A DNA stretch of 63,844 nucleotides, filler included, from Octopus bimaculoides (GCF_001194135.2; 6 parts of 6 records of this genome joined end to end with filler, not necessarily neighbours in it), one strand, 5' to 3'. Shown: positions 9,956 through 23,135, counted from the whole stretch's first letter. Program-made: numbers and translations. The notes: generated from the sequence alone by a model not told the origin.

Positions 9956-12900
9956 CCCAAGAATAAGTACAAGTTCATTTGAGTATGGGAACTTTCACAA
10001 TAGTTATATTAAACTAAATGTTATGTGGAAAAGTAATTAGAGGTTGCAAAAAAAAAAAAAAAAGAAAGAAACAGGGACACTAAAGTTCCTAGTTCTGACG
10101 CAACTTTTACTCAATAGATCACAGAGAGTATTTCTCTTCTCAAACATTGCATCATAGTTTTATAATGACATGGTGATGTAGCCTTAGAGAAATTCGCTGA
10201 AAACAATATTATCTGGCATGCGAATCTCCTCTCGGAACTTCGCGCCTACGAGCCGGCTCTAATCTCATGAGTCGACAGATTCCTATCGGTTCGCATGCAG
10301 CATCACGACGTTTGCTGACGGAACACTTTCTGTCTCACTTTGGTGTGGATATGTTTGGACTGTATAGTTCGTGTACATGTCATGACAATGGAAACCTCAG
10401 CTGATTTTCGTCCAAGACAAATACATCAATATGCCAGTCATGTCCAAAGGTAACAGGAACTTCTCTTACGACCATGTATTGACCCATTCTCCTTCGGTTC
10501 TCACACTCATTAATACTCGAGGCATTGGTTGGACGAGGATACTGCTGGCTCTTTGCATTAATGTTGGAACAGTATAAGACTGGAAGTTTCACGCTGTTAC
10601 CTCCTTGATGCTTCCCTTCCACTGCTATTGCATCAAATACTCATTTAATTGGTCCCGCTGAATTTTTACGTAAAGTTTCCTTCAGTTGATTGTCCTGTTC
10701 TTCATGATTTTGTGAGCGTTCTTGTTTGTGAAAAGGGCATTTCTGACTAGGGTTCTACCATTGACATCAATCTAATTTAATACTTGTTCCGCATGCTTTC
10801 CGCCAAGAATATCAGACTGTATAGCATTAGCCGTCTCTTTGTTCTTGTGGTGTCCAAACACACAAAGACGAGATATTTTTCTACACTTACCATGAAATAA
10901 AGTTACTATAGCACATACACACAAAGGAATTTCAAAGTAAATTATTTTATGAGAGCTTATCTTCCCTTTCCACAGAAAATGTCATAGGGAAAGTGACAAA
11001 GTTTTTATGAAGAAAGATTTCCCCCCAAAAAGAAAATGCCAGTGAAAGCGTCTTATATACATAAAGCAATATATTTATATTCTGTTGTACCTTGGGAGGG
11101 TCATTATGCTAATAATAAACATACGCGCTGGTTCTTTTTCACTTATAATTTTTATTTGACAAAACAGTTAACTAATTGATTATTTGATGAACTGTTCAGT
11201 TAGTCCTCAATCGGCTAGGTTTGTCAGAGTCCACTTGTCGCCATTCACATCTTCATCAAGGACATGCCTCCTCTGCTTCGTGTGTTTACTATTGGCATAC
11301 AAATCGTCTTAAGATGTACCAGAATATGTTTCAACATAGTTCACGACAAGAATTTTGCAAACCAAATAAAAATACGAGTTATATTCATAGAAAAACATTT
11401 ACTAGATTTTTAATCACCTGAAAGTATTATCCTATGAAATAAGCCCGATGCATTATGTCCAATGGATCTCTTGACTAGTGGGCCTGCTAACTAACGGGCT
11501 TCTTGAAATAAGGTCGGAGGTATTATCTCTATGTAACAATTAAAGAAAATTATATGAGCACTTCTCTTTCTCAGATTAAAAATAGAATAAAATATATTTT
11601 ACAAATAGGTTTTGCATAAATATATATATATATATATAAACTTTTAACGGTTCTTGAAGAGAACTTTGGCTGTAAATACTACCAGTAGCGTAGCAAAGGT
11701 TCATAGCACCCGTGAGCAAAGACTAAGGCAACGTCACCTTAATAAATGGCCATGATAAGAAAGAGGAAATTTTGCACTTCTTCATACCAAAGGGCCACTG
11801 CCCCTCGTTTCTATTTATCACATCTCTGACTACAATGTAGACCAAGTTTTTCTTACGGATAAAATAAGATACAAGAAACAATATAAACGACCTTAATTCT
11901 CTTAAGAGTTAAACAACATGGTATTTAACCCTCATTGGATCGTTTAGTTACTCGAAGATAGAGCCTTCGAAAAATCAGTCTAGCAGTGTCTTGTCCTTGG
12001 AGTGATAGAATTGAGGAATGAAACGAAAAGGATTAACCTAGAATCGAACCTGTTACGTCGTCTCTGCTTATCAGTACCTCACTGTACCTGCACATCTTAT
12101 TAACTACACTCAAATAATCTTTTAATTTTAAAGATAACTTGGTAAACAATACGATATATTTTTGATTATCTATGGTATAAAAATAAAACAAAATTTCTTT
12201 TTAGGTATGTTGTTTTCAATTGGCACCCAAGCATCTTTTATAAACAGAGAAAATATAAGTCGGGAGAATGACTAAAATCCATAAAATGGAAAATAACAAA
12301 ATACTGCTGGTAAAAATTACATCCAAAAGAAATAGTTTATTTGCAAGATGTAAACTTGCCTAAGTGGGGCACCGAATATTTAATCTCCTCTCGCACTCAC
12401 GCAGTAGTTTCATGAACTCTTGACCTTGACACATATAATAATCAGTCAGGTCAGTAAATAAAGCTGATTTAAGTTCCCACTGAATGTTTCGTTTAATTGA
12501 AAACGTTCCGAGACTACAATATAAGCGTTCTTCGTTCATTAAATAAAAAAAAATAGAGTTTGAAATATAAATTATTATGAGATGATTAATTGATGAAATA
12601 CTGACAACAAAATTAATTTTTGTTATTTTAATTTGATAAAAGTAACTAAATTTAACATAAAAGCGTCGTAATTAGAGGAGCCAGATTCATTTCTCTCAGT
12701 TTTTTTCTGAAGTATTCTTCAATATCAATGTGAAATTATTTCTCTGCTAGGAATATGCTTTACAGTAAAAAAGATCTTTTGTTAAATTCGATTATACCGT
12801 TGATAAATTCGTCAGTAACTTGCTGGCGTGCGTCGAGAAACACTGGCAATATTTAATGACAGGACAGAAGTGATGCTACACCGCAGAGATGCTAGCGCCA

Positions 12901-13689
12901 TCGTGAGGCAAATGACTGCAACAGTGTTTTATTTACAAAAACAATTAATTTCTCAGGGAAAATGTCAAACTAAAGGTAAGTTTAAAGGAAGTAATTTCAC
13001 CCCCGAAATTCCATTAATGCAAAAGTACATGTAGATAGTCCTCCCCTCTTTGCTTCTCTTGTATAATCATCGCGTGAGTATTGTTTATGCCAGTCTCTGT
13101 CAATCTTGTGTCAAGACCTACATATGTAGACAGCTTCTTCTCTCTTGACACGCTTCGTCTTCATCGCTGTTTTTCTCGAGTCTCCTCTCGTTTGCTCTCT
13201 CTCTCTTTTTTTTTATCCCCCTCTTTTCTTCTGTTAATCATCCCCCAGAATCTGTCAAAACGAATGATTAATCCAACAATTAATCGCATGAGCCCTCAAG
13301 TCCTTGCATTAAAAAACCATAAACAAGCTTAGAAGTCTCATCATTTAATATTGCTTGCTTATCCATAGATCTTCCCCCAGAAAGTTTTGAAAGTATCTTT
13401 GGCATCTGAAGGTTGTTCCCACTATTTTTCTTTCTCTTATTTATAATATTTACATCATTGGAGTTTTATACGAGTTCGTTCATTTGTAGCCGTTATTTTT
13501 TTGTTATTGTTTAGTAGTTATTCGTCCTGGCTTTGGTCCAAATAAAAAAATAAAAAAAAGTAAAATATATTTTAAACAATAAGTTGAATTCGAATTAATT
13601 CCTTCATTATTTTTTCTTCGGTTTAGTTTAACGCTGCAGAAAATAATGATAATAAGTGTTTGGTAACAGCAATCGGTTTAAAACAAAAA

Positions 13690-16430
13690 TATGTTGTTAT
13701 TTAACTTCAGGTCAAGCCTGATTGAGTACAACCTATGATCAAAAGTATTTCATCCGTGACCATCCCATCTTTGTTTAGAAGGGATTTCTTGGACTACAAT
13801 ATATATTCGTTAGTTGGACATAAAAACCGTATGTTATTATTTTTTTTTTAGCCCCAAGTCAACTCTTATCGATCAGACAGACCTATGATTAAACGTTTTC
13901 CAACCGGGACCAGACAATCTTTTTGTGGGTATTTCACACTGCATTACTTAATGTGTCCTTAGATGATATAGTATTGTTGAGGGAGGTGTGCTGCTACATC
14001 TAGCTGGTCCAGAGGCTATGTAGAAGTTCCCTTGGCTCCATGTGTATATTGTTGTGCCTCGAGATTAAGTACGGAATAACGTTTAGGGCAAGTGCAAATT
14101 GTCGGATTTTCTCATCCGATCATCTGACGAAGGGTGGTGCTGTTCAAAGCGTTAGTCTTTATTTCATCTCACTGCATAATATAACACACACTTTTTTTTT
14201 TTTTAGTTTATATTTCCAAACTGATTCTTGCTGACGCAGACCAATAGCTTACCTGTCCTAGCGACTACACTTGTTTAAATGACGAGCTAAGAAACCTGTA
14301 CGCAATTGCGCGACCTTTCAGAAATAGCTGTCAAATCTCCCTCATATTACACCTTACTGTCTAAAAAGAAATTAAAAAAAGATGAGAGGAAAAAAGAAGG
14401 ATATGTTGTATGAAGAAGTCTGCCCACTGCGTGTAAAAAGAAAAGAGAATGGTTATAGTTGAAATTCATTTTAACATTGGTTAGTCTGCTCCATCAGGAC
14501 TGACCGGAGCATAACAATAACTTATTTTATTTTTTTATGGTTTTGCTTGGAGAACGGGGCCATACGTAATGCCTTCTCATGTATTCCGAGATAGTTGATT
14601 TAGTTTCAAAGTTTGGCCCTAAACCTTACACCGAACATCGCAGTATATTTTATTAATCATATAAAAATATAGGACATTGTGTCTAGTGAAAAGGCACCAG
14701 TAGCAGCTATGTAGAAAATACTGTCTGCAGAGGCAGGAACCTCACAACATCCAGTTTTCTCATTGTCTTATAAATCTGGTGTTTTGTGATTGCATGAAAT
14801 CAATAATACCTGTGTGAGAATCTATTTGTAGACATCTGTGCAGGACATTACGTTACAGCACTTGCATGTTGTTTCTGTTTCATGTTAGTCTAGCCGTGGA
14901 CTAGGAGAATCGTTACAGTTTCGAACAAAATGTTTGTTGTGTATTTACTTCCGGCCCTTTACATTCTTAGTTCAAATCCCGCCAAGGATTTTGCTTTTCA
15001 TTTTTTCGGAGTCGAATATTCCTATAATATATCGTTAGATGGGAATGGAACTACCATCGAAGATTAAGTGTCTTACTTAAACCAGATAGTATTATCTTCC
15101 CTTCTGGCTGTGATGTACCATAATACATATAACTGATGTTGTTTAAGTCAGCCCTGATCGAGTAAACGCATGATCGAACACAGTCCAGCTACGACCATCT
15201 CGTCTTGTTTTCAGTTATACTGTATCTAGGACAACGTTATTCGGTGTGTTCCTTTTTACTCAAGATGGTAGGGTGTGATGCGAAGGAAATTTGGCTGCTA
15301 TTTCTAGCAAGTAAAACGACTACATAGATACTTCTTCAGCGTTACCGATATATGTAGCCTGTGTGAAAGATTTAATTTGTCATCTGTTTAACATCATTTA
15401 TCTCTTGGATTTCTTTAACAAAGTCCCGTTTTGTTACAAGCATTTGGTCCAGGTCCCCGGGTATGAGGATGGCTTCTTTTCATCAGCTTCAGATGCACAG
15501 AAAGGATCCATAAATACTGTCCTTAGCTTAGGTGATCTGAACCAGTCAAAAGTTAAGCACCATGGCAAGATAGAACAGTGTATGGAATATAAATTGTCAG
15601 CCTCCCAACAGATTAGCCAGTGTCTTGATTTGGATCTCAGTCATAAAGTATTAGAGAGATAAATAGATAGGTGGAGTGAAAGAGAGAGAGCAGAACCTAT
15701 TGGCTAGGATGCTGGCTGTTGAGTTGAAAGGTTGGAAGTCCATACTCTGTACAAGCTCTGTTGAATCTGTAATCAAGTTGCTTAACTCTTGACTGGTTTA
15801 GTCCACCTAACTGAAAACATGTACCACATGCAGAAACAATCTGTACCTCTAAGCAGTAGAAACATTGTAACATTAACATGTTATTCATTAGCTTGCATAG
15901 TTGAATTTATATTGACCTGTAGGTCTGGAGATGTTACTCTTGTACTCTGGGTAAAAGCTAGGAAGGCTCCTGGACACACTTTCAGACTAGAATTTCTCAT
16001 CATTTTGTCCTGGCATGCAACAGGACTTGGATCTAGGTTTTCTGGTTTTGATTATAAGCTGTGGATCATGGCTCATATTTACCATTTCATTCCACATTAA
16101 ATTCAACATGGACATCCACCATATCTATGTTAGATGTATGTTCTCCTTGGCCACAACTGATTAGCTACTGTAATATGCACACGTTTATGATGGACTGTCA
16201 TTTAATCTGTGGTCAGCCCCGACTGGACGAGCATAAGATAGAAGGCATTCCATTTATGACCATCCCATCTGTGACCATTTCATCTATGAACCATTTCAGA
16301 CATTACTTGAGAAAAGCGTATCTGGAATTGCATTATTCAATGTGTCTCTCACTTTTGAAGCTGGTTGGGTGATTTAGTTACTGTTTCTAGCAGATCGAGA
16401 AACCATGTAAAAGCTCCCTTGTTGGTTTGT
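13690..16430. repeat. Cluster of degenerate family E repeats (GACCTATGATCAAAG.CATTCCAGC.GTGACCATCCC...GCTGCTATTTCTAGCA)
   Basis: Copies at ~13700-13830 (+), 13850-14040 (+), 14280-14520 (-), 15135-15340 (+), 16205-16425 (+). Other copies at ~4990-5165, 29815-29945, 39880-40010, 41330-41450. Confidence 0.65.
15528..15810. repeat. Degenerate inverted repeat pair around an AG-rich spacer
   Basis: TTAGGTGATCTGAACCAGTCAAAAGTTAAGCA (15528-15559) versus the reverse complement of 15779-15810, TTAGGTGGACTAAACCAGTCAAGAGTTAAGCA. Weaker similarity continues inward. Confidence 0.75.
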
Positions 16431-16764
16431 TGTAGCTTGTAAGGGTGGTGATATTTATGTTTTGGTTCAAATCCTGCCCAGTGTAGAGTTTGTTTTTCAT
16501 CCTTTTGAGACTGATAAAATAACTATCAGTGAATCATAAGAGATGAATGCAGTCATCTCTCTAGCTTTGAAAGCAGTGACCCCGCATAGCTGCAAGCCAT
16601 TGACTGAGTCCTAGGAAAACAAAATAGAATATTTTGTTGATGTATTTATTGTTAGCTGTATGATTTAGGAATGCCAGCTCAGACTGTCCGTGTTGCTTGA
16701 TTTTCAGAGTTAGACCCTGCTTACTGTGTTCTCTTCACTGAGGATCCTGCTGAACAGCCCATGT

Positions 16765-17000
16765 AGTGTCACGTAAAAGCACCCATGTGGTACCATATTA
16801 AAGCACCCATGCAGTGCCATGTAAAAGCACCCATGCGGTGCCACATGAAAGTGCCTGTGTAGTACCATGTAAAAGTGCCTGTGCAGTGTCACGTAAAAGC
16901 ACCCATGTGGTACCATATTAAAGCACCCATGCGGTGCCACATGAAAGTACCTGTGTAGTACCATGTAAAAGTGCCTGTGCAGTGTCACGTAAAAGCACCC
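16765..17000 (+). repeat. 24-bp minisatellite with higher-order structure
   Basis: Nine full units plus a partial of AGTGYCAYGTAAAAGCACCCATGY; order U1-U2-U3-U4-U5 / U1-U2-U4-U5 / U1. Confidence 0.92.
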
Positions 17001-17150
17001 AGCACACTCTGTAAAGTGGTTGGTGTTAGGAAGGGCATCCAGCTGTAGAAATCATGCCAAATCAGCCCCTCAAGCTTTCCAGCTCTGGTCACACCATCCA
17101 ACCCATGCCAGCATAGTCAACGGATGTTAAATGATGATTATGATGATGAT
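16981..17150 (+). mobile_element. Repeat family C with (GAT)n tail
   Basis: GTAAAAGCACCC...GGTGTTAGGAAGGGCATCCAGCTGTAGAAA...CCAACCCATGCCAGCAT...GATGATGAT. Confidence 0.8.
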
Positions 17151-17200
17151 GTAAGGCAACCTGTTTGATGTTACTATCATCATCATCATCTTTATTTTAA

Positions 17201-17421
17201 TGCACTCACAAGGGTTTTATAGGATTAGGACTATAGTAGAAGACATTTGCCCAAGGTGCCATGCAGTGGGATTGAAACCAAAACCATGTGGATGGGAAGC
17301 AAACTTCTTAACCTATAGCCCAAAGTGCCATGCATGTTGTCCAAGGTGCCATGCAGTGGGACTGAACTTGGAACCATGTAGTTGGGAAGCAAGATTCTTA
17401 CCACACAGCTACTCCTGTGCC

Positions 17422-17422
<1 letters not shown>
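17201..17422 (-). mobile_element. SINE family A 5' part with duplicated tRNA head
   Basis: Two successive CCAAGGTGCCATGCAGTGGGA..GAA...AACCATGT.G.TGGGAAGCAA blocks. Confidence 0.8.
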
Positions 17423-17460
<38 letters not shown>

Positions 17461-17463
<3 letters not shown>

Positions 17464-17644
17464 TCATCATCATCATCATCATCGTTTAACGTCCGCTTTC
17501 CATGCTAGCATGGGTTGGACGATTTGACTGAGGACTGGTGAAACCGGATGGCAACACCAGGCTCCAGTCTGATTTGGCAGAGTTTCTACAGCTGGATGCC
17601 CTTCCTAACGCCAACCACTCAGAGAGTGTAGTGGGTGCTTTTAC
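17461..17644 (-). mobile_element. Repeat family C, young CpG-intact copy, cut by a gap
   Basis: (CAT)n CGTTTAACGTCCGCTTTCCATGCTAGCATGGG...GGATGCCCTTCCTAACGCCAACC. Confidence 0.85.
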
Positions 17645-17744
17645 NNNNNNNNNNNNNNNNNNNNNNNNNNNNNNNNNNNNNNNNNNNNTTAATTAATTAA
17701 NNNNNNNNNNNNNNNNNNNNNNNNNNNNNNNNNNNNNNNNNNNN

Positions 17745-17818
<74 letters not shown>

Positions 17819-19103
17819 CATATATACACATACACACGTACACACACACACATATATATATATTATTGTATACATACGCATACACACACACATATATATT
17901 TACATACATACACATGCACACATATGAAGAGGGAACTTGAGAGACAGACAGACAGGCGGAGAGGCAGATAGATAGATAGGTAAATAGAGAGATAGAGAGA
18001 GAGAGAGACAGGTAGATGGCCAAATCATAACAACACTAAATCGTCTGATTTGCAGTTACCGTTCCGCATTCTTCGTTCAAATCTTGTCCAGGTGAAATTT
18101 ACTTTCCTTCTTCTCTTCTCTTCTTCTAGAGAGGACGGGATTCCTTGTATTTAAATTACTAAAGACACGCCATATGTAACGAAGGTGTATCTACGTGTCC
18201 ATCATCTAGTTAAATGCCACCGGCCTGGCACGGCACGCGCATCTATCTATCTATCTATCTATCGATCGATCGATCGATCTATCTGTCTGTCTGTCAATCT
18301 AACTATATGGTTATTTTATTGAAGCTCAAACTGTGAGTTTGTTTCACAACTTGAGTTTCTCGCCACTGCGATCTTCAGGCTAGAACGCAGGGGTGTGAAA
18401 CATGAGTCGCGAAACAATTCCTTAGTTTCAGTTTCTCTTTCTTGCTCACATACACATACATGCATAAACGCACATATACATATTTATATACACACACACT
18501 CGCGCACACACACAAGTTGTTTATCTTTACCTCTACCTCTTCCTACTTCTCTCTTTCTGTTTACTCTCTCAATTCCTCTTTCACTCTCTCTCTCTCTCAA
18601 TCTTTTTCATTCCTTGTATCTTCTTTTTTTCTTTCTTTCTTCTTCCTGACTAATTTTTCTTTTCTTCCTTTCTTTTTTTTTCTTTCTTTCTTTCTCTTTG
18701 TCTCTGTTTCTCTCTTACACTCTTTCACGCCGCCACCACCACNNNNNNNNNNNNNNNNNNNNNNNNNNNNNNNNNNNNNNNNNNNNNNNNNNNNNNNNNN
18801 NNNNNNNNNNNNNNNNNNNNNNNNNNNNNNNNNNNNNNNNNNNNNNNNNNNNNNNNNNNNNNNNNNNNNNNNNNNNNNNNNNNNNNNNNNNNNNNNNNNN
18901 NNNNNNNNNNNNNNNNNNNNNNNNNNNNNNNNNNNNNNNNNNNNNNNNNNNNNNNNNNNNNNNNNNNNNNGCCGCCGCCACCACCACTGCCTCCGCCGCC
19001 GCCACCACCACTGCCTCCGCCGCCGCCACCGCCACATACACAAACGATCAGCCTAATCACAACCAACTACCCTAACCCTCTCCACCTCAATCCCATCCTG
19101 TCT

Positions 19104-19148
<45 letters not shown>

Positions 19149-20514
19149 AATTCACATTCCTCTCTCTTTCTCTCCATATCTCTCTCGTTCGACTCTCTCT
19201 TTATTTCTCCTTCTCGTGTTTCCTTCATCTACCCTGTATTTATCGTTTCTGTTTCTCCTCCTCTCCCCAATATATCTCTTCTCTCCCTCTCTCCATACCA
19301 CCCTTTTGCGTTCTCTTCTTTTTCTCTGCACCCCCCCTTTTGTCCAATCCCATTCCTTCCGTATCTGTCTCGTGCCTTCTCTCTTGTCACCTTCCGTCAA
19401 CCCCTCTTTACCCAATACTTTTTTCTCAGAAATCCCACTCTCTCTCCATCTCTCTCTCTCACTATCTCTCTTCCGTTTGCCCTCTCTCCACACCACTTCA
19501 CTCGGCCCCCACTCTTCGTCTCAATCTCCCTATTTCCTAAGCACTAAGATCCATCACTGAGACTCGTCAGAGACAAACCGCGATGTTTGTTGATCCTTCT
19601 TCCCCCCCTTCACACACACCATCTTCGCCTGACTCCGTACCCTCCATCCTTCATTCGATACTCTCCATAATGACCCTCACCTCTTCCTCTTCTAATCCCT
19701 CTGGCTCTCTTTCTACCCCTCTCTCTGTATATCCTATTCTCAGTTTTCTCCTTTATCACACTCTGTATTCCTCTTCCTCCTACTCGCCCTCCCACTCACG
19801 CTTCAACCATTGTCCTTACAATCTGCTTAATTCTATTCCGCCATCTTTTTCTCACCACCTCGTCCTTTAAATATACACCGGAACGAAACAAACCACAAAT
19901 CTGTTTATTTTTCACATCTCTCCCACCCCGCCATCCCCATCTACGTTTCACAAACATCGTACACAAACACATACACACACACAAACATATACATGCACAC
20001 ACACACACTCAAACACATTTATATATGACATACATATATACAGACGCTCATACATACGCACGCATACACCGCGTACGCACACATTACCACACATACACCC
20101 ACCGATTCACACGCACCCGCACAGAACCATACACAAGTATACAACACACACACACATACACACGCACGCACACAGACACAGACATGCACTCTCTTTTATC
20201 CTCCCTCTCTCAGCTTTTCTCTCTCTTTACTACTTTCCAAAGGATTTCAAGCACACACACGTACCTAATACCTATTTATTAACACACGCACACACACATA
20301 ACTATTTTATATATACACACACTAACTCTACCCGCCCTTCACCTCAATGCCTTTGACTTTTACTTTCTCTATTCCAGTATTTGTCTTTCTCTCTATTTCT
20401 CTTTCTCTCTCACTTACTCTCTCTCTCTCACTTACTCTCTCTCTCTCTCTCTCTCTAACCTTTCTCTCTTTGTCCATGTTTTACCTCACATACATACACA
20501 CATCCTTTCGCTAC

Positions 20515-20627
20515 CTTCTTCTTCTTCTTCTTCTTTACTTTCTTCTTCTTCTTCTTCTTCTTCTTCTTCTTCTTCTTCTTCTTCTTCTTCTTCTTCTTCT
20601 TCTTCTTCTTCTTCTTCTTCTTCTTCA
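20515..20627 (+). repeat. (CTT)n microsatellite
   Basis: Long near-perfect CTT run; source of the poly-L and poly-K pseudo-ORFs. Confidence 0.95.
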
Positions 20628-21195
20628 AGCCCTCATTTTTTAAATCACCACCTATGAGAGTAACTTGGATGGATGTGAAGGTAACGACGTTTTTAATTGG
20701 TATAGACTTTGAAAAAATTTCGTAGTCTGGCAATGATATAGTTTTCTCTGTGTGGCAAAATCAATCCGGTCTCCAAAAAATAAAGAAAGAAACAAACAAA
20801 AGATGCAATCCCCGCATCTCCTGCGAATAAATAGTGCAGAGTAGATTAGGCTTGCATCCCTATGTGGTACTATCTACATTCTAAGAGAAACTTAAATGCA
20901 CACCATTGTCTCAATATATATGGAAGCTTAAACATCGAAAATGAAAATGGAGGAGTCAATTTTGTTATTAGAAAATGGATATTAAAGAAACACAACATGC
21001 ATATGCGTATACTTATATATATATGGGGGGGATGTATGTGGCGGTGTGTAAAGGTGGCAGGAAATCATTGCACACACACACACATATGTATATGCATATA
21101 CGTATGTATGTCTATTATATATTTGTGTGTGTCTGTGTGGTCGTGTTTGTAAATATATACAATCAGAGAAGATTAGATCCACCATTGGTCTATAG

Positions 21196-21510
21196 CATAG
21201 GTTCTCAAAGATAGCGCTACCGACCCCACGGTGGGCGTTGAGACGGTCCAAGTGGGTGCTGGTGCCTATGGGGGAGGCGGGAGGGGGCTCGGTAGAGAAA
21301 AAGGAGGCATTGGGAGGAAGGCAGTGGATTGGGGGACGCTATGAATTTATTATAATATTATTATAGTATTTTATACAAATTATATAATATTATATTAAAT
21401 ATCAAATGATTCATAGTATAAATAAATTAGTGAAATACAAAATATCTATTTATACATAAAAATAGGGGTGGAGCGATGAGGGTATTATGTGGCCATGAGG
21501 GGGGGCGGGG
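21196..21510 (+). mobile_element. hAT/Charlie-like MITE 5' part, truncated by a gap
   Basis: CATAGGTTCTCAAAG..GCGCTACCGACCCC terminus preceded by GTCTATAG, which resembles the NTCTAGAN target. The other end is not visible. Confidence 0.45.
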
Positions 21511-21610
21511 NNNNNNNNNNNNNNNNNNNNNNNNNNNNNNNNNNNNNNNNNNNNTTAATTAATTAANNNNNNNNNNNNNNNNNNNNNNNNNNNNNNNNNN
21601 NNNNNNNNNN

Positions 21611-21785
21611 TATATATATACGATGGGCTTCTTTCAGTTTCCGTCTATCAAATCCACTCACAAGACTTTGGTCGGGCCGAAGCTATAGTAGAAGGCACTA
21701 GCCCAAGGTGCCACGCAGTGGGACTGAACCCAGAATCATGTGGTTGGGAAACCCAGCTTCTTACCACACAGTCACGCATGTGCCT
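21611..21785 (-). mobile_element. SINE family A 5' half
   Basis: GGGCTTCTTTCAGTTTCCGTCTA...GTGGGACTGAACCC...CTTACCACACAGTCACG. Confidence 0.85.
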
Positions 21786-22499
21786 ATGTTTTCGTTATAA
21801 TTTGTTTTAGTTTTTTTTTTTTGGGGGGGGGTATTTTTTTCCGTGAAGTGACTCAAGACCGGTCAGGTTTTCAAAAACAAAACTCTCTCATGAATCCCTG
21901 TTTTAACAATGCTTAAACTGGACCATGTTAACATGTGTCAGTAGATCCTTCCAAACGCTAAAGGAAATATGGTTCAATTATGTAGAACGTCTTATGGTTT
22001 CTCAAGTACATTACAAGAGAGTTCTTCGGTAAGTTTCGTGATTGTTTGCTTTGCTTTGACGAAACGATTTCGTTTACTTCTCTTTCGAATTTTTTCTCAT
22101 CGAGACATATAACAGATATATGAAGACAGTGCCTAACAATGTCTTTTTAGCAAAGAAAGAAAGGGCTTCCGTTTTTTCGGCGAACCCTAAACAATTTCAT
22201 AAAATCCCCCCTGCTTTTTTTTTTTATCGCCAAATTTGAACAATTTCTTAGAATGCCTATAGTCATAAGTCTGTCAGCTCAATCAAGGGCTGGCTATGGA
22301 CAAAACAGCAACTACATTAGCTTCTTTATCAATACTGATAATGAACGAGAACAATGCAAACATCACAGACCATGGAAGAAGAACAAAACAAAACAAAAAA
22401 AAAGAAATTAGAAAAAGAAATGGAACAAAAAGTAAAAGGCAAATTGAATAGCTTTGCTTGTAACAAAACCTCGACAGAATGATTCTCTAAGCGCCATGC

Positions 22500-22677
22500 T
22501 ATCATCATTACCAGCAGCAGCAGCATCACCGCCACCACCACCACCACTACCGTCATCTTCCTCCTCCTCCTCCTCCTCATCATCATCATCATCATCACAA
22601 TTATCATCATCATCACCACCATCACCACCATCCTCATCACCATTATCACCACCACTGCCATCATCATCATCACCACC

Positions 22678-22711
<34 letters not shown>

Positions 22712-22760
22712 TCATCATCATTATCACAATTATCATCATCACCATTATCACCACCATTAC

Positions 22761-22845
<85 letters not shown>

Positions 22846-22933
22846 TCCATCATCATCACCATCATCATCATCATCATCATCATCTCCATCATCATCACCA
22901 TCATCATCATCAACATCATCATCATCACCATCG

Positions 22934-22975
<42 letters not shown>

Positions 22976-23135
22976 CCAACGTCGCGGTCATCATCATCAA
23001 GATCATCATCATAACTATCAGTACCACTACTACTACCATCAGCACCACTACCACCACCACCACCACCACCACCACCACGATATAATGGCTTCCTGTCAAA
23101 TTGCATTCAATGATCCCCGGTTCCTCCTCCTCCTC
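22500..23135 (+). repeat. Compound (CAT)n/(CAC)n/(CCT)n trinucleotide tract
   Basis: ~630 bp of codon-phase trinucleotides; explains the poly-M/D/S ORFs in several frames. Confidence 0.95.

Noticed and set aside
10380-10900. ORF 10380-10622 and adjacent protein-like frames
   Set aside because: Multiple stops, no recognisable motif, no coherent splice sites.
11683-11830. CAGTAGCGTAGC hAT-like terminus
   Set aside because: No matching second terminus or TSD found.
14125-14160. CTGACGAAGG...AAAGCGTTAG
   Set aside because: Lacks GAAA and paired stems.
16765-17000. CRISPR-like or coding reading of the 24-bp array (ORF 16710-16988)
   Set aside because: There are no unique spacers and the context is eukaryotic. 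The ORF exists only because 24 is a multiple of 3.
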